NCBI GenBank assembly: GCA_963678065.2
Contig: CAXXVZ010000005.1
Location: 192,001 to 256,000 of the forward strand
Length of the DNA stretch: 64,000 bases
Direction: 5' to 3'
Source of the DNA: Treponemataceae bacterium
Lineage (GTDB): Bacteria > Spirochaetota > Spirochaetia > Treponematales > Rectinemataceae
The translations under genes and the position numbers were made by a program. The notes beneath the pieces are model-generated. The model was not told where the DNA came from. It ran no database searches and saw nothing but the letters and a program-made list of their open reading frames with translations. Shown here piece by piece: positions 40,751 to 50,048 of the stretch (the first letter of the stretch is position 1; each line of letters opens with the position of its first letter).

Positions 40751-41989
40751 TCACCCCTGGCGCAGGAGTTTTTTTCGCAAAGTCTCCGAGCTGGCCATCA
40801 GAAGAAAAATGTAAGCCAAAAGGAAAAACGGAAGGAGGGACAGCGAACTTGCCGACGCGATAAATCCGAAGGTCGGTGGCAGGAGGGTCGAGCCGACGTA
40901 GGCCACGGCCATCTGAAAGCCCATGATCGCCTGGGAATTGGCCGCGCCGAAGCGATCCGGTGTTTCGTGGAGCATGCATGGGTAGATCGGCGCGCAGCCA
41001 AACCCCACCAGAAGGAAACCTGCCAGTGTAAAAAACAAAGGCGCTGGGGCGAGCATGAGTCCGACGCCGACCAGGATAACGATGCCGCCCGCCCTGATCA
41101 GGTTCTTGTTCGAGACATGAAAAGTGATGAATCCCGTGAGAAAACGGCCCAGAGTGATGCAGGCGTAGAACAGCGAGACGAAGGTGGCGGCCGTGGCCGG
41201 ACCAAGGCCTTTGGTTTTGACAAGGTAGCTGCCGCCCCAGAGCCCCATGGTGGCCTCAATGCCGCAATAAAAGAAAAAGGCGACGAGGGCGAGTTTAGCG
41301 CCCCGGAGTTTCAGGGGGAAAAAGAGACTTATGTGCCCGCCGCTTTCGGCTTCGACGCGGGTTTTGGCCCGGGTTGATCCATCGGGCGCGACGCCCGGTG
41401 AGGCAGTCCCCTCTGGCGCTGCCTCACCGGATACACGATGCCGGACCTTGTCCCAGAGCGGCACCGAGAGAAAGAGGCCAGAAACCAGGACAACCTGAAC
41501 CACGGCGATGCAGAGGTAGCCACTTCGCCAGCTCCCTCCCCTGCCCAGAATCCATGAAAGGAGAAGGGGACCGGAGAGCGCGCCGACGCCCCAGAAACTG
41601 TGGAGCCAGCTCATGTGCCGGGATTCGTAGTGCTCTGCGACGAAGGCGTTGAGCCCCGAGTCGACGGAACCCGCGCCCAGTCCGAGAGGAACGGCGGCGG
41701 CCAGAAGCCACCAGAACGAGGGAGCCAGGGAAAAACCGAAAAGGGCGAGAGCTGTAAGACCGACACTGAAGGCAGTGACCCGCCCCGTCCCGAAGCGTTT
41801 CAGAATCCGACTGCTGAAAACACTCGAGAGGATGGTCCCGCCCGAAATGATCATGGAGGCGAGGCCCGCGAATCCATACGTGACCCCGAACTCGGGCTGC
41901 ATGACAGGCCAGGCGCTCCCCAACAGAGCGTCGGGCAAGCCCAGGCTGATGAACGAGATGTAGATGATGATCAGAAGCATCGTGGCCAT
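40751..41989 (-). CDS. MFS transporter (FucP-like/YfnC-like)
   Basis: ISLGLPDALLGSAWP, GAGSVDSGLN, WLHSFWGVGA, GCAPIYP; about 12 TM segments. Confidence 0.88.
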   Translation of the reverse strand: MATMLLIIIYISFISLGLPDALLGSAWPVMQPEFGVTYGFAGLASMIISGGTILSSVFSSRILKRFGTGRVTAFSVGLTALALFGFSLAPSFWWLLAAAVPLGLGAGSVDSGLNAFVAEHYESRHMSWLHSFWGVGALSGPLLLSWILGRGGSWRSGYLCIAVVQVVLVSGLFLSVPLWDKVRHRVSGEAAPEGTASPGVAPDGSTRAKTRVEAESGGHISLFFPLKLRGAKLALVAFFFYCGIEATMGLWGGSYLVKTKGLGPATAATFVSLFYACITLGRFLTGFITFHVSNKNLIRAGGIVILVGVGLMLAPAPLFFTLAGFLLVGFGCAPIYPCMLHETPDRFGAANSQAIMGFQMAVAYVGSTLLPPTFGFIASASSLSLLPFFLLAYIFLLMASSETLRKKLLRQG

Positions 41990-42376
41990 GAAGTTTCTCC
42001 AGACGGCGGTCAGACGGACATTGTGCTGGACGGTTCGATCGATTCAGGCAGGGCGAGGATGCGCAATATGAGCCGACCATCGGTCAGGATGCCGGCCATC
42101 CCCGCACAATAGCCCCGATCAGCAAAGTGCATAGCAAAAATGCTCGATCAAGTCAACGACGCCAATCCAGTCAGAGCTGTGGGTAGACCACGAGTCGAAT
42201 CGGATTCACGTCTTTTTGATCTGGTCAGTAAAACAAACTTATCTTATACTCCTGTGCGGGTCGATTATCTGCTCCAAACTCTGCATGACAGCAGTTTGTT
42301 CATGGCCCGGGACCAGGGCCCGAATTGCGCCTCATGGAATGCCTCGAACTGGCGAAGTACGAAGAGGAGAAATAAA

Positions 42377-42796
42377 GTGACTGAATTACTCTCAAGAATA
42401 CTAATAACAATTGGAAGTTGTGCTTCAATTGGCTTTGGTATTTGGCATTTCTTTGTACCCAAGGTATGGAATTGGTATTCATATATTGATACTCAAGCAA
42501 CTGAATTGATCGTTGCCGTGAGAGCCATAAATTTCTTCTTTTCCTTGTCTCTGGTATTGTTTGGACTTATAAATATATCTCTAATATATGGAAGTAGATC
42601 AAATCGTTATTCAATTCTGATAGTATTATGCGCTACATGTATACTATGGTTATTCAGAGTCATACTTCAGGTTATTTATCCACAAGGATCGATTAACACG
42701 ATACTTCAATATGGAATGTTATCATCATTTGTAGTAATATTTCTATGCCATGCGATAGCATTGCTGTCCATAGTTCTGGATAAAAGTTTCGGCTGA
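42377..42796 (+). CDS. Four-TM membrane protein (cassette)
   Basis: RBS GAGGAG plus GTG. GFGIWHFFVP..WNWYSYI, QVIYPQGS. The TGA stop overlaps the attC-like R'' box. Confidence 0.75.
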   Translation: MTELLSRILITIGSCASIGFGIWHFFVPKVWNWYSYIDTQATELIVAVRAINFFFSLSLVLFGLINISLIYGSRSNRYSILIVLCATCILWLFRVILQVIYPQGSINTILQYGMLSSFVVIFLCHAIALLSIVLDKSFG

Positions 42797-42863
42797 CAAC
42801 TGCTCCGACTGGACTCCGGATCCTTGATAGTGCATCGCATAGAATGTTGAGTGTATGTCAGGT
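42791..42863 (+). repeat. attC-like site (full length, GAC/GTC core)
   Basis: GGCTGAC-AACT-GCTCCGAC...GTTGAGT-GTAT-GTCAGG. CTGAC pairs with GTCAG; L boxes pair imperfectly with one extra C on the top strand. Confidence 0.65.
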
Positions 42864-42892
42864 GGACGCTGAGCGCGGCAAAGGCAATAAGC

Positions 42893-43660
42893 ATGAATGT
42901 ATTGTTGATTAACAGCAGCTATAGACTGAATGGAAATACCGCAATTGCTCTATCAATTCTCAGGGACAAACTTAGTCAAAACGGATTTAATATCAAAGAA
43001 GTAAATCTCGCTCATAAGAATATTCAAATGTGCCGTGGGTGTAGACTCTGCTTCGATAAAGGTGAAAGTCATTGCCCGTTCCATGATGATTTATTACAGA
43101 TAATGGAAGAAGTCAAGCATAATGACTTAATCGTATTTGCCAGTCCTGTATATGTAGAAGATATCAATGGAATAATGAAGAATTGGATCGATAGAATGGC
43201 ATTCAACTGCCATAGGCCAGCCTTTTTTGATAAGCATGCATTCATAATGTGTACTTCCGGTGTCGGAACATCCGGACATGGGTTAACAACAATTGAAAGA
43301 GCATTGCAGACTTGGGGATTTTCTGTCATCGGAAAATCGAAGTACATTGCCGGAGCAAAAATAGAAAGAACGGAATTCGAAAATAAGTATTCAAAGGCAA
43401 TTGGGAAAGTAGTACAGAGAATACAAAAAAAGTTGTTATCAAATAAAGGGCCTTCATTTTTATCTATCATGACATTCAGTATTCAAAAAAGATACTATGA
43501 AAAGGAGACAGATAAATCTTCTGCAGATTATCTTTACTGGAAGAACAACGGATGGCTTGAAAGAAAACGCCATTACTATAACGCAATAAAGATCAACAAG
43601 ATCAGAGCGAAAATTGCAGATCTATTGGGAAATATAATAGCAAAGGTAGTATTAAAATAG
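42893..43660 (+). CDS. Iron-sulfur flavoprotein / NADPH-dependent FMN reductase family (cassette)
   Basis: NSSYRLNGNT, CRGCRLC...CPFHDD, FASPVY, KNWIDR. Confidence 0.85.
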   Translation: MNVLLINSSYRLNGNTAIALSILRDKLSQNGFNIKEVNLAHKNIQMCRGCRLCFDKGESHCPFHDDLLQIMEEVKHNDLIVFASPVYVEDINGIMKNWIDRMAFNCHRPAFFDKHAFIMCTSGVGTSGHGLTTIERALQTWGFSVIGKSKYIAGAKIERTEFENKYSKAIGKVVQRIQKKLLSNKGPSFLSIMTFSIQKRYYEKETDKSSADYLYWKNNGWLERKRHYYNAIKINKIRAKIADLLGNIIAKVVLK

Positions 43661-43698
43661 ACGAATGTTTGCGGGGGGGGGCAATGCCGTTTACAAGA

Positions 43699-43839
43699 AA
43701 TGAACGAACCCCGGAGCAGAGCTCCGAGGTATCGTTCGTTCTGTGAGGAATGGATTGTATGCGGGTCCATACCCGATAGTCACTTCACAAGAAAGAGCGA
43801 AGCAGAGCTTCGGGGTATGGACCCGCCTGCGAATCAAAA
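43699..43839 (-). mobile_element. Non-autonomous IS200/IS605-like palindromic element, copy 1 (141 bp)
   Basis: Near-identical to 48693-48807. Two hairpins sharing CG.AGCAGAGCT.CG.GGTAT. The minus strand starts after TTGAT and ends in TTCAT. No target duplication. Confidence 0.65.
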
Positions 43840-43872
43840 CAGGACATATTTTATTCATAATGGGAAGAAGTA

Positions 43873-44250
43873 ATGGTAATTGCGCAGAAACAAGCAGAGG
43901 CCTTCGTGAAAAGGTATTTTGAACTGCTATTTGTAGATCATGATATTGAGTCGCTCGACCTAAATCTTGATCCAAACTATTGGGATGATGACATCGGTAA
44001 GCAAGGTATTAATCACATACAAAATTCAAAAGAGTATTTGAAACAGTTATTTATCAAAAATCCAACCATAGGAGTAGAGGTAGGAAATATTCTAACCCAA
44101 GATTCTACGATTACGTCATATGTTTCGTGGTTTATACTGAATGGAATGGAAAGGAAGGTAATAAGAAAAGGCATAGCAATATTTGAGATGAAGAATTGGA
44201 AAATCGCCAAAAGGCATACATATGTATATTTCGAGGAAGAGAACCTGTGA
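43873..44250 (+). CDS. NTF2/SnoaL-like small protein (cassette)
   Basis: 125 aa. FVKRYFELLF...GIAIFEMKNWKIAKRHTY pattern typical of the NTF2 fold. Confidence 0.7.
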   Translation: MVIAQKQAEAFVKRYFELLFVDHDIESLDLNLDPNYWDDDIGKQGINHIQNSKEYLKQLFIKNPTIGVEVGNILTQDSTITSYVSWFILNGMERKVIRKGIAIFEMKNWKIAKRHTYVYFEEENL

Positions 44251-44333
44251 TATGGAAAGCATATGATATATTAAGGGTGGCTGGTTGTTGCGGCATTTGT
44301 AATAAAAAGAAAAAACAATCGAGAAAAAGTGTC

Positions 44334-44399
44334 GCGGAACAATCGCTTCGACCTGTCTCGGACGGACAAGCAGCCCCATAGGCTAAACCAATGCCAGGT
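44334..44399 (+). repeat. attC-like site (full length, degenerate)
   Basis: GCGGAAC-AATCG-CTTCGACCTG...ATAGGCTAAACC-AAT-GCCAGGT; same layout as the other sites. Confidence 0.55.
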
Positions 44400-44421
44400 G
44401 AGCCAAGGCAAAAAGGAATAT

Positions 44422-45192
44422 ATGGAAGAAAAACCAATTTACAACACATGGATCAGAAAAAGCAAAATCGTACTATTCTACTCAATCGCCGGAGTCATTC
44501 TGGCAATCTCCGTGCTCGGCTTTACAAATGCAAACTACTTTTTCATTGCACTATTGTCATTGCCGTTTTTATATATAGCAATAATAATTAATATAACAGC
44601 ATATAGGTTTAGTCCACGAGGTGGTGATATCCAGAACAAAATACATGAGTTGATAATCGAAAAGAGCAATCTACGTGGTCGAATAATCGATATAGGATGC
44701 GGAAGTGGAAATTTGATAATCAAGATGGCAAAAAGGGGAGGCGATTCTCAATATTTCGGAATAGACTATTGGGGCAGCAACTGGGAATACTCAAAAGGCC
44801 AATGTGAGAGAAATGCAGAGCTAGAAAAAGTACCTGGCATTTCGTTTATCAAGAGTAGCGCTTCGAAACTTCCCTTTGAGAACGAATCTTTCGATCATGC
44901 AGTAAGCTGCTTAACATTCCATGAAGTACAGGATGTAGAGAACAAGACTGACTCTCTTAAGGAAGCATTGCGGATACTGAAGAAAGGTGGTGGATTTGTG
45001 TTTTTTGATTTATTTGGTGATAGGAAGTTTTATCCAAGTTTGGATAAAGTGAGAGCGGTGCTGGAAAGCTCAGGCGCAAGAGGAATAAGTATAGAACCAT
45101 TATCAAGATATATGGATTTAGCATTTCCAATAAACACAGGTAAAGTATTAAAGCATGCATTTTTGATTACTGGGGAAAAAGATTTCACCTGA
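44422..45192 (+). CDS. Class I SAM-dependent methyltransferase with N-terminal TM segments (cassette)
   Basis: IDIGCGSG, GIDYWG, LPFENESFD, CLTFHEV, LKKGG. Confidence 0.85.
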   Translation: MEEKPIYNTWIRKSKIVLFYSIAGVILAISVLGFTNANYFFIALLSLPFLYIAIIINITAYRFSPRGGDIQNKIHELIIEKSNLRGRIIDIGCGSGNLIIKMAKRGGDSQYFGIDYWGSNWEYSKGQCERNAELEKVPGISFIKSSASKLPFENESFDHAVSCLTFHEVQDVENKTDSLKEALRILKKGGGFVFFDLFGDRKFYPSLDKVRAVLESSGARGISIEPLSRYMDLAFPINTGKVLKHAFLITGEKDFT

Positions 45193-45209
45193 CAACGATT
45201 TCAATTTGA
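45187..45209 (+). repeat. attC-like left half only
   Basis: ACCTGAC-AACGA-TTTCAATTTGA overlapping the stop codon; the next RBS follows directly. Confidence 0.5.
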
Positions 45210-45221
45210 AAGGGGCAATGA

Positions 45222-45953
45222 ATGGCTATAGATTATGATGACGCCTCAAAAACATATGATACAACCCGTAATGCAGATAGCGATATCATTGATATGTTCG
45301 ATGAAAAAGTACATTTTTCGGAATCAATGTGTATCCTTGATTTTGGTTGTGGTACAGGGAATTATCTATCTAGAATAAGCAATAGCCATAAAGTGAAATG
45401 TTTTGGGGTTGAACCATCTGATGGTATGATTGAAAAGGCATTATCAAAAAATCCAAGAGCAATCATAAGGAAAGGAGATCATGCAAACATACCGTTTGAA
45501 GACGAGTTCTTTGATTTCATCTTCATGACTGATGTCATTCACCATGTGCCTGATTTGGATATGCTGTTCAAAAGCCTTTATAGAACCTTAAAACGGGGCG
45601 GGAAGCTCTGTATTGTGACAGAATCATACAAACAGATAGAATCACGATGGTATAATGCCTATTTCCCTTCTCTCGCCAGCAATGAAAAGAAACGATATCC
45701 AGATATATCAGAGATACTCACACATGCCCAGAAAAATGGATTCAGGCATACGGAAGAACAGACAAGGTTAACAGGGAATAAGGATAAAGTATCGAATCAT
45801 TTTATAAAGATGGTAGAAGAGAAGAACTATTCGATGTTCAGAATACTCGGTGCGAATGAATATGATAAGGGATTAAGCCGATTAAGGAAAGATATAGGTA
45901 AGGAAACAGTATCAAAGGATCATACTGAAACATTAGTATGGTTGGGGAAGTGA
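45222..45953 (+). CDS. Class I SAM-dependent methyltransferase (cassette)
   Basis: LDFGCGTG, GVEPSDGM, IPFEDEFFD, DVIHH, LKRGG. Confidence 0.87.
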   Translation: MAIDYDDASKTYDTTRNADSDIIDMFDEKVHFSESMCILDFGCGTGNYLSRISNSHKVKCFGVEPSDGMIEKALSKNPRAIIRKGDHANIPFEDEFFDFIFMTDVIHHVPDLDMLFKSLYRTLKRGGKLCIVTESYKQIESRWYNAYFPSLASNEKKRYPDISEILTHAQKNGFRHTEEQTRLTGNKDKVSNHFIKMVEEKNYSMFRILGANEYDKGLSRLRKDIGKETVSKDHTETLVWLGK

Positions 45954-46092
45954 ATTCGCCTTGCGCCGAAGGAGGAGGCAGGAGAATAAGTGGTCAAAAG
46001 AGTAATTTGGAATTTAACGCAACCCGCGACATATAAGGTTTCATGGACCATCCGGATGGGGTTCTTAACAGATCTAGATGCGCTGAGGGAAT

Positions 46093-46869
46093 ATGAAACA
46101 GATCAAGACAACGGCGTTCAGAAAATTGTCCATATTGGGGTTTGATCTAGTGACTGGTAGTCATAATTTTTTCGCCTTATTGGATTTCGATGTAACTGAC
46201 ATTAGGTCCATCTTGAGAGATAAAAGAAAAAATGGGGAAGGGGGATCCTTGTTTTCCTTTATCCTGAAAGCTATTGCAAAATGCTTAGAACAATACCCCG
46301 AGTGCAATTCGATGATTGATTATAGAAACACTACAACTTTCGATGAAGTTGATATAAATATTCCAATCGAAATCGAACATGAAGGTAGATTACTTACAAA
46401 ACAATATATAATAAAGGATGCCAATAAAAAATCAGTGCATCAGATCACGAATGAAATTGATGACTCGAAAAAGAATGTCAATGATGAAAGCGGATATGTA
46501 TTCTCGAAAAACATTCAGAGGCTCCTGAATATGTTGCCAAGAAAAATCAGCATTTGGCTAATACGACACCTTATGAAGAATCATAAAAAGGTCAAAGAAC
46601 TATCGGGGACTGTGTTTGTAACTTCTGTAACAATGTTCTCCAATGTTTCAGGGTATATAATACCATACATTGGAGGGCCAAAGGCAGTTTCATTTGCCGT
46701 TGGGAGTGTCGTTAAAAAGCCGGTCGTAAAAAATGATCAGGTTGTCATAAGAGAGATGATCAATATTACTGCAATATTCAATCACGACATTATTGATGGT
46801 GCGCCGGCTGCCAGGTTCATCAATAAGCTTCGCAGAATTATTGAAACTGAATTCAATGAGCTTTTATGA
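46093..46869 (+). CDS. Stand-alone 2-oxoacid dehydrogenase acyltransferase catalytic-domain (CAT-fold) protein (cassette)
   Basis: FDVTDI, GTVFVTS, FNHDIIDGAPAARF. No lipoyl domain. Confidence 0.8.
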   Translation: MKQIKTTAFRKLSILGFDLVTGSHNFFALLDFDVTDIRSILRDKRKNGEGGSLFSFILKAIAKCLEQYPECNSMIDYRNTTTFDEVDINIPIEIEHEGRLLTKQYIIKDANKKSVHQITNEIDDSKKNVNDESGYVFSKNIQRLLNMLPRKISIWLIRHLMKNHKKVKELSGTVFVTSVTMFSNVSGYIIPYIGGPKAVSFAVGSVVKKPVVKNDQVVIREMINITAIFNHDIIDGAPAARFINKLRRIIETEFNELL

Positions 46870-46904
46870 TGCTCCTCGCCGGTAAAGCGTATGAAAGAGG
46901 TGCT

Positions 46905-48119
46905 ATGAGCGATATTTACGACGAAGCTGCAACGAAGGCCATCAAACTAGTAAAGGACATACTTGATAAACACGGACCAAGAGTCAGTGGTACCACGAGC
47001 AATTATGCTTCAGTAGATGAGCTCGAAAGAATAGTGAAAGAAACCTGTGCATCGACAAGAAGAGAAAAGTTTGCTATTCACCCTAATTCACTTTTTTCTA
47101 TCGGGCGAATATTTGGTGCAATGTATATTATCGGACTGCTCGCAAGCCTTACAAACAATTCACTACTGGTAGTTTTTGTTGGAACGGCATGCATGGCATT
47201 TGGGATTGCATTTTGTGTTTCTCAATTCATCTTGTACTCGGATTTTTTTGACCGATTATTCAAAAAAGTGGAAGGAAACAATATTGTCGGATATGTTGAG
47301 CCAGAAGGTGAGGTAAAAGAGCAAATAGTCCTTGTTGGACATCATGACAGCTCATATATCTATCCTTTTCACGAAACACTGCCAAGACTTTTTCCGATAA
47401 GACTGTTTGTCCCGATCATCATGTTTTTGTTTGAGTTTCTCGTTTTGATCATTGCGCTTTTGGGCGGCTTCAAACCAGGAATTCCCATGTGGACAAAATA
47501 TGTATCATTGGCAGGACTGTTATTTGTTGTTCCGATGTTTGGGTACATTTCTCGGAAACCTGGTCCTGGCGCTGGTGATAATCTGATTGGCTGTGCTATT
47601 GGAATCAATATACTAGAGCTGCTGAATAAAGACTGCAGAAAATTGAAGCACACAAGGCTAGTATTATTGTTGACCGATGGCGAAGAAGTAGGACAAAAAG
47701 GTGCACGGTACTTCGTTACTCGCAATATAGAAGAATTGAAAAAGATCAGTACAAAAGTGATTACTATCGACAGTATATATAAGAAATGCGATACAACTTT
47801 ATTGCGAAGCGACAGGAATGGATTTTCAAAACTCTCAAGCAACCTCGTAGAGAGCCTTATGCGAGTTGCAGAGCAAAGAGGATATCATCCAAGAATACGA
47901 CAGATGCCATTTGGTGGCGGAGGGACCGATGGGGGCCAATTCGCGAGAAAGGGAATAGAAACGGTAAGTATAATTGGAATGCCAACAGATGTTATCAGGA
48001 AGGAGATTATTATCCATACGAAAAATGATTTACCAGAAAGAATCGATATGGATGCTGTCAGTTTGGTCCTTGAGATAGTTTCAGAGTATATAAAAGCGAA
48101 TGATAAGGCATTGGAGTGA
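46905..48119 (+). CDS. M28-family peptidase with TM segments (cassette)
   Basis: LVGHHDS, PGAGDNL, DGEEVG..GA, GGTDG, IHT..D. Confidence 0.82.
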   Translation: MSDIYDEAATKAIKLVKDILDKHGPRVSGTTSNYASVDELERIVKETCASTRREKFAIHPNSLFSIGRIFGAMYIIGLLASLTNNSLLVVFVGTACMAFGIAFCVSQFILYSDFFDRLFKKVEGNNIVGYVEPEGEVKEQIVLVGHHDSSYIYPFHETLPRLFPIRLFVPIIMFLFEFLVLIIALLGGFKPGIPMWTKYVSLAGLLFVVPMFGYISRKPGPGAGDNLIGCAIGINILELLNKDCRKLKHTRLVLLLTDGEEVGQKGARYFVTRNIEELKKISTKVITIDSIYKKCDTTLLRSDRNGFSKLSSNLVESLMRVAEQRGYHPRIRQMPFGGGGTDGGQFARKGIETVSIIGMPTDVIRKEIIIHTKNDLPERIDMDAVSLVLEIVSEYIKANDKALE

Positions 48120-48156
48120 CAAGAAAATGTCTCTCCTGACAAGGGGTACGCAGGAA

Positions 48157-48693
48157 ATGAAAGAGATCGAAGAACGAAGAAGTATCAGGAAATATACAGA
48201 CAAAAAAGTACCACAAGAAATGATCAATGCCTTGATTGAGAGTGGGATGCAAGCACCATCTGGTGATAATTCCCAGCCTTGGCATTTCATACTCGTCGAT
48301 TATGAAGAGATGAAGCGAAATATAGTAAATGCCTCCAATAATCAAAAATGGATGATGACAGCCCCTCTCTTCATTGTGTGCGTGGCGGATATAAGGTCAA
48401 GGATCGATTCAAACCGTGACATCGATATGGATGAGGAAACATCCTTACCTGAGTTGAAATTGATAATCAGGGATACGGCAATCGCGATTGAGCACATAGT
48501 TCTTGAAGCTGTACACCTCGGGTTAGGTACATGCTGGGTAGCCTGGTTTGATCAAAAGAGTATTCGTCCACTGTTAGGAATACCTGCGGACAAATATGTT
48601 GTGTGTGTTTTGACTGTAGGCTTTCCAGCTGAAAAGCCTGCAAAGAGAAAACGGAAAACAAAAGACGAAGTCATGCACTACAATAAATGGTGA
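48157..48693 (+). CDS. Nitroreductase family protein (cassette)
   Basis: RRSIRKY, QAPSGDNSQPWHF, LGLGTCWV, VGFPAE. Confidence 0.92.
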   Translation: MKEIEERRSIRKYTDKKVPQEMINALIESGMQAPSGDNSQPWHFILVDYEEMKRNIVNASNNQKWMMTAPLFIVCVADIRSRIDSNRDIDMDEETSLPELKLIIRDTAIAIEHIVLEAVHLGLGTCWVAWFDQKSIRPLLGIPADKYVVCVLTVGFPAEKPAKRKRKTKDEVMHYNKW

Positions 48694-48807
48694 ATGAACG
48701 AACCCCGGGGCAGAGCTCCGAGGTATCGTTCGTTCTGTAAGGAATGGATTGTATGCGGGTCCATACCCGACAGAGCTTCGGGGTATGGACCCGCATGCGA
48801 ATCAAAA
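48693..48807 (-). mobile_element. Non-autonomous IS200/IS605-like palindromic element, copy 2 (115 bp)
   Basis: Same as copy 1 apart from a 26-bp internal deletion and a few substitutions. Begins at the nitroreductase stop codon. Confidence 0.65.
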
Positions 48808-48819
48808 TCAGCCAGCAAT

Positions 48820-48847
48820 GGCCATGCCACTTAAGCGAATGTCAGGT
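48820..48847 (+). repeat. attC-like right half
   Basis: CTTAAGCGAAT-GTCAGGT. This is roughly the reverse-complement partner of the CCTGAC-AATCG-CTTCAA left halves seen elsewhere in the island. Confidence 0.6.
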
Positions 48848-48879
48848 CGATGCTTCGCGCAGAAAGGGAATTCAGACAA

Positions 48880-49932
48880 ATGCAGACAAAAGAGCAGAGC
48901 AATATAAAGCCAAGACGGTTGAAAACCGGAGACACTATCGCTGTTCTGTCGCTATCATGGGGTGGCGCATTCTTGTTCCCACACATATTTGAAGATGGTA
49001 TCGATGTGCTCAAGAATGATTTCGGGTTCAAAATCAAAGAATTCCCGACGACACGGATGAGTCCCAAAGAACTCCATGAAAATCCCCAAAAGAGGGCAGA
49101 AGACCTAAACAAAGCATTCAAGGATGAAAGTATAAGTGGGATCATATGCTCTATAGGCGGCGATGATTCAATACGAATACTGAAATATCTTGATATTGAA
49201 GCAATTAAAAATAATCCCAAGTTAATAATGGGATACTCCGACAGTACAACAATTCTATGTTATCTGAATTTACATGGTCTTGTAACCTACTACGGATCGT
49301 CAATAATGGGGGGATTTTCTTATATTCGATGCTTTCCCGAGGCTCTTGCCGAATACAAAGAAGTCCTGCTTTCTGGTCATTGCAACGAAATAAAACCTTT
49401 CACCGAATGGACGGACGGCTATAAGAATTGGGGAGAGATCGGTAATAGAGGAAAGGTCAATGAGATCAGAAAAGATGATATAGGACATCGCTGGATAAAC
49501 AGAGGAAAAATTTCATCGGGGCAGCTCTGGGGCGGTTGTATTGAGGTGCTCGATATGATGAATGGGACATTGGCGTGGCCGGAAATCGAGTTTTGGGATA
49601 GCCGGATTTTGATGATTGAAACGTCAGAAGACAAGCCGACTCCTAGACAGATTGGCTTCATACTCAGAAATTTTGGAGTTCAGGGCATACTTGCCAGAAT
49701 AAAAGGACTCATTGTAGCAAAACCGAGATCATATTCTCAAGAAGAAAAAACTGAGCTCGATCAGGTAATCATAAAAATAGTGATCGGAGAGTTTATGTGT
49801 AACGAACTCAACATACTTACGAATGTGGATTTCGGGCATACAGATCCAAGGCACATCCTGCCATTGGGAATATCTCTCGAATTGAACCCAACTACAGATA
49901 GGATTACGTTTGTCGAGTCTCTATTTTCATGA
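48880..49932 (+). CDS. S66 peptidase (LD-carboxypeptidase/MccF-like) (cassette)
   Basis: KPRRLKTGDTIA, IGGDDS, MGYSDST (Ser), LWGGC, IETSE (Glu), DFGHTDP (His). Confidence 0.9.
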   Translation: MQTKEQSNIKPRRLKTGDTIAVLSLSWGGAFLFPHIFEDGIDVLKNDFGFKIKEFPTTRMSPKELHENPQKRAEDLNKAFKDESISGIICSIGGDDSIRILKYLDIEAIKNNPKLIMGYSDSTTILCYLNLHGLVTYYGSSIMGGFSYIRCFPEALAEYKEVLLSGHCNEIKPFTEWTDGYKNWGEIGNRGKVNEIRKDDIGHRWINRGKISSGQLWGGCIEVLDMMNGTLAWPEIEFWDSRILMIETSEDKPTPRQIGFILRNFGVQGILARIKGLIVAKPRSYSQEEKTELDQVIIKIVIGEFMCNELNILTNVDFGHTDPRHILPLGISLELNPTTDRITFVESLFS

Positions 49933-50048
49933 ACGGAAAGGCAGCCAGCATACGCCTAAAGGAAAAGAAACATGAAGGCTCTGAAGATTGTCCGGTTTGG
50001 AGATATATCGTTGCGAAAGAGAACGAAAAAAGTAACTGTATTCAATAA

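Noticed and set aside
45954..46092. Possible attC or small ORF (GTG after GGAG) in this intergenic gap
   Set aside because: No convincing complementary arms; the short ORF overlaps the next gene and has no recognisable features.
48113..48147. GTGACAAG / CCTGACAAG after the M28 peptidase stop as an attC remnant
   Set aside because: Only a core-like hexamer is present, without an L box or right arm; too short to support.
43699..48807. The palindromic repeats as a CRISPR array or simple terminators
   Set aside because: Only two copies about 5 kb apart, with no repeat-spacer periodicity, no cas genes and no U-tracts.
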